From: Octopus vulgaris
Lineage: Eukaryota
Reading direction: 5' to 3'
DNA length: 64,000 nt
Assembly (NCBI GenBank): GCA_951406725.2
Contig: OX597824.1
Location: 85,126,001-85,190,000, forward strand
Every line of letters begins with the position of its first letter. The stretch's first letter is position 1. Shown in pieces: positions 63,851 to 64,000 of the stretch. Under the pieces are notes generated by a model, which did no database searches, had not been told where the DNA came from, and was given only the letters and a program-made list of their open reading frames with translations. Position numbers and translations under genes: made by a program.

Positions 63851-63897
<47 letters not shown>

Positions 63898-64000
63898 ACG
63901 AGAGGCGGAGAGTGAGGGGAGAGACAGGGAGAGAGAATACAAGCGGGTGGGTGGATTGTTTCGTAAAATCGCATAACAGATCGTATATCAGATGGAGTAG

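Overview
AT-rich, microsatellite- and SINE-dense eukaryotic DNA. The repeat repertoire suggests a coleoid cephalopod (Octopus-like); this is inferred, not searched. The whole window appears to lie inside one minus-strand gene, a soluble guanylate cyclase of the Gyc-88E/beta-3 (atypical) type. Eight GT-AG exons (40135 to 5560; 981 nt, 327 codons) splice in frame and encode the PAS/HNOBA region, coiled coil and most of the catalytic domain. The H-NOX exons and the final exons were not found in the window. Introns hold several tRNA-derived SINE families, mariner, RTE, Tx1-like and R4/Dong remnants, pogo-type MITEs and Helitrons. The most striking signal is a set of hammerhead ribozyme (HHR) motifs in at least five unrelated small repeat families with tandem/inverted, Penelope-like architecture. 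These include (i) a ~361-bp retrozyme-like tandem repeat with a U3-A8 covariant core, sense to the host pre-mRNA, and (ii) a ~560-bp palindrome of two back-to-back tRNA-head + (AAT)n + HHR units. A decayed Penelope-like GIY-YIG element, a plausible autonomous partner type, lies between them. Almost all ORFs in the supplied track are microsatellite artefacts.
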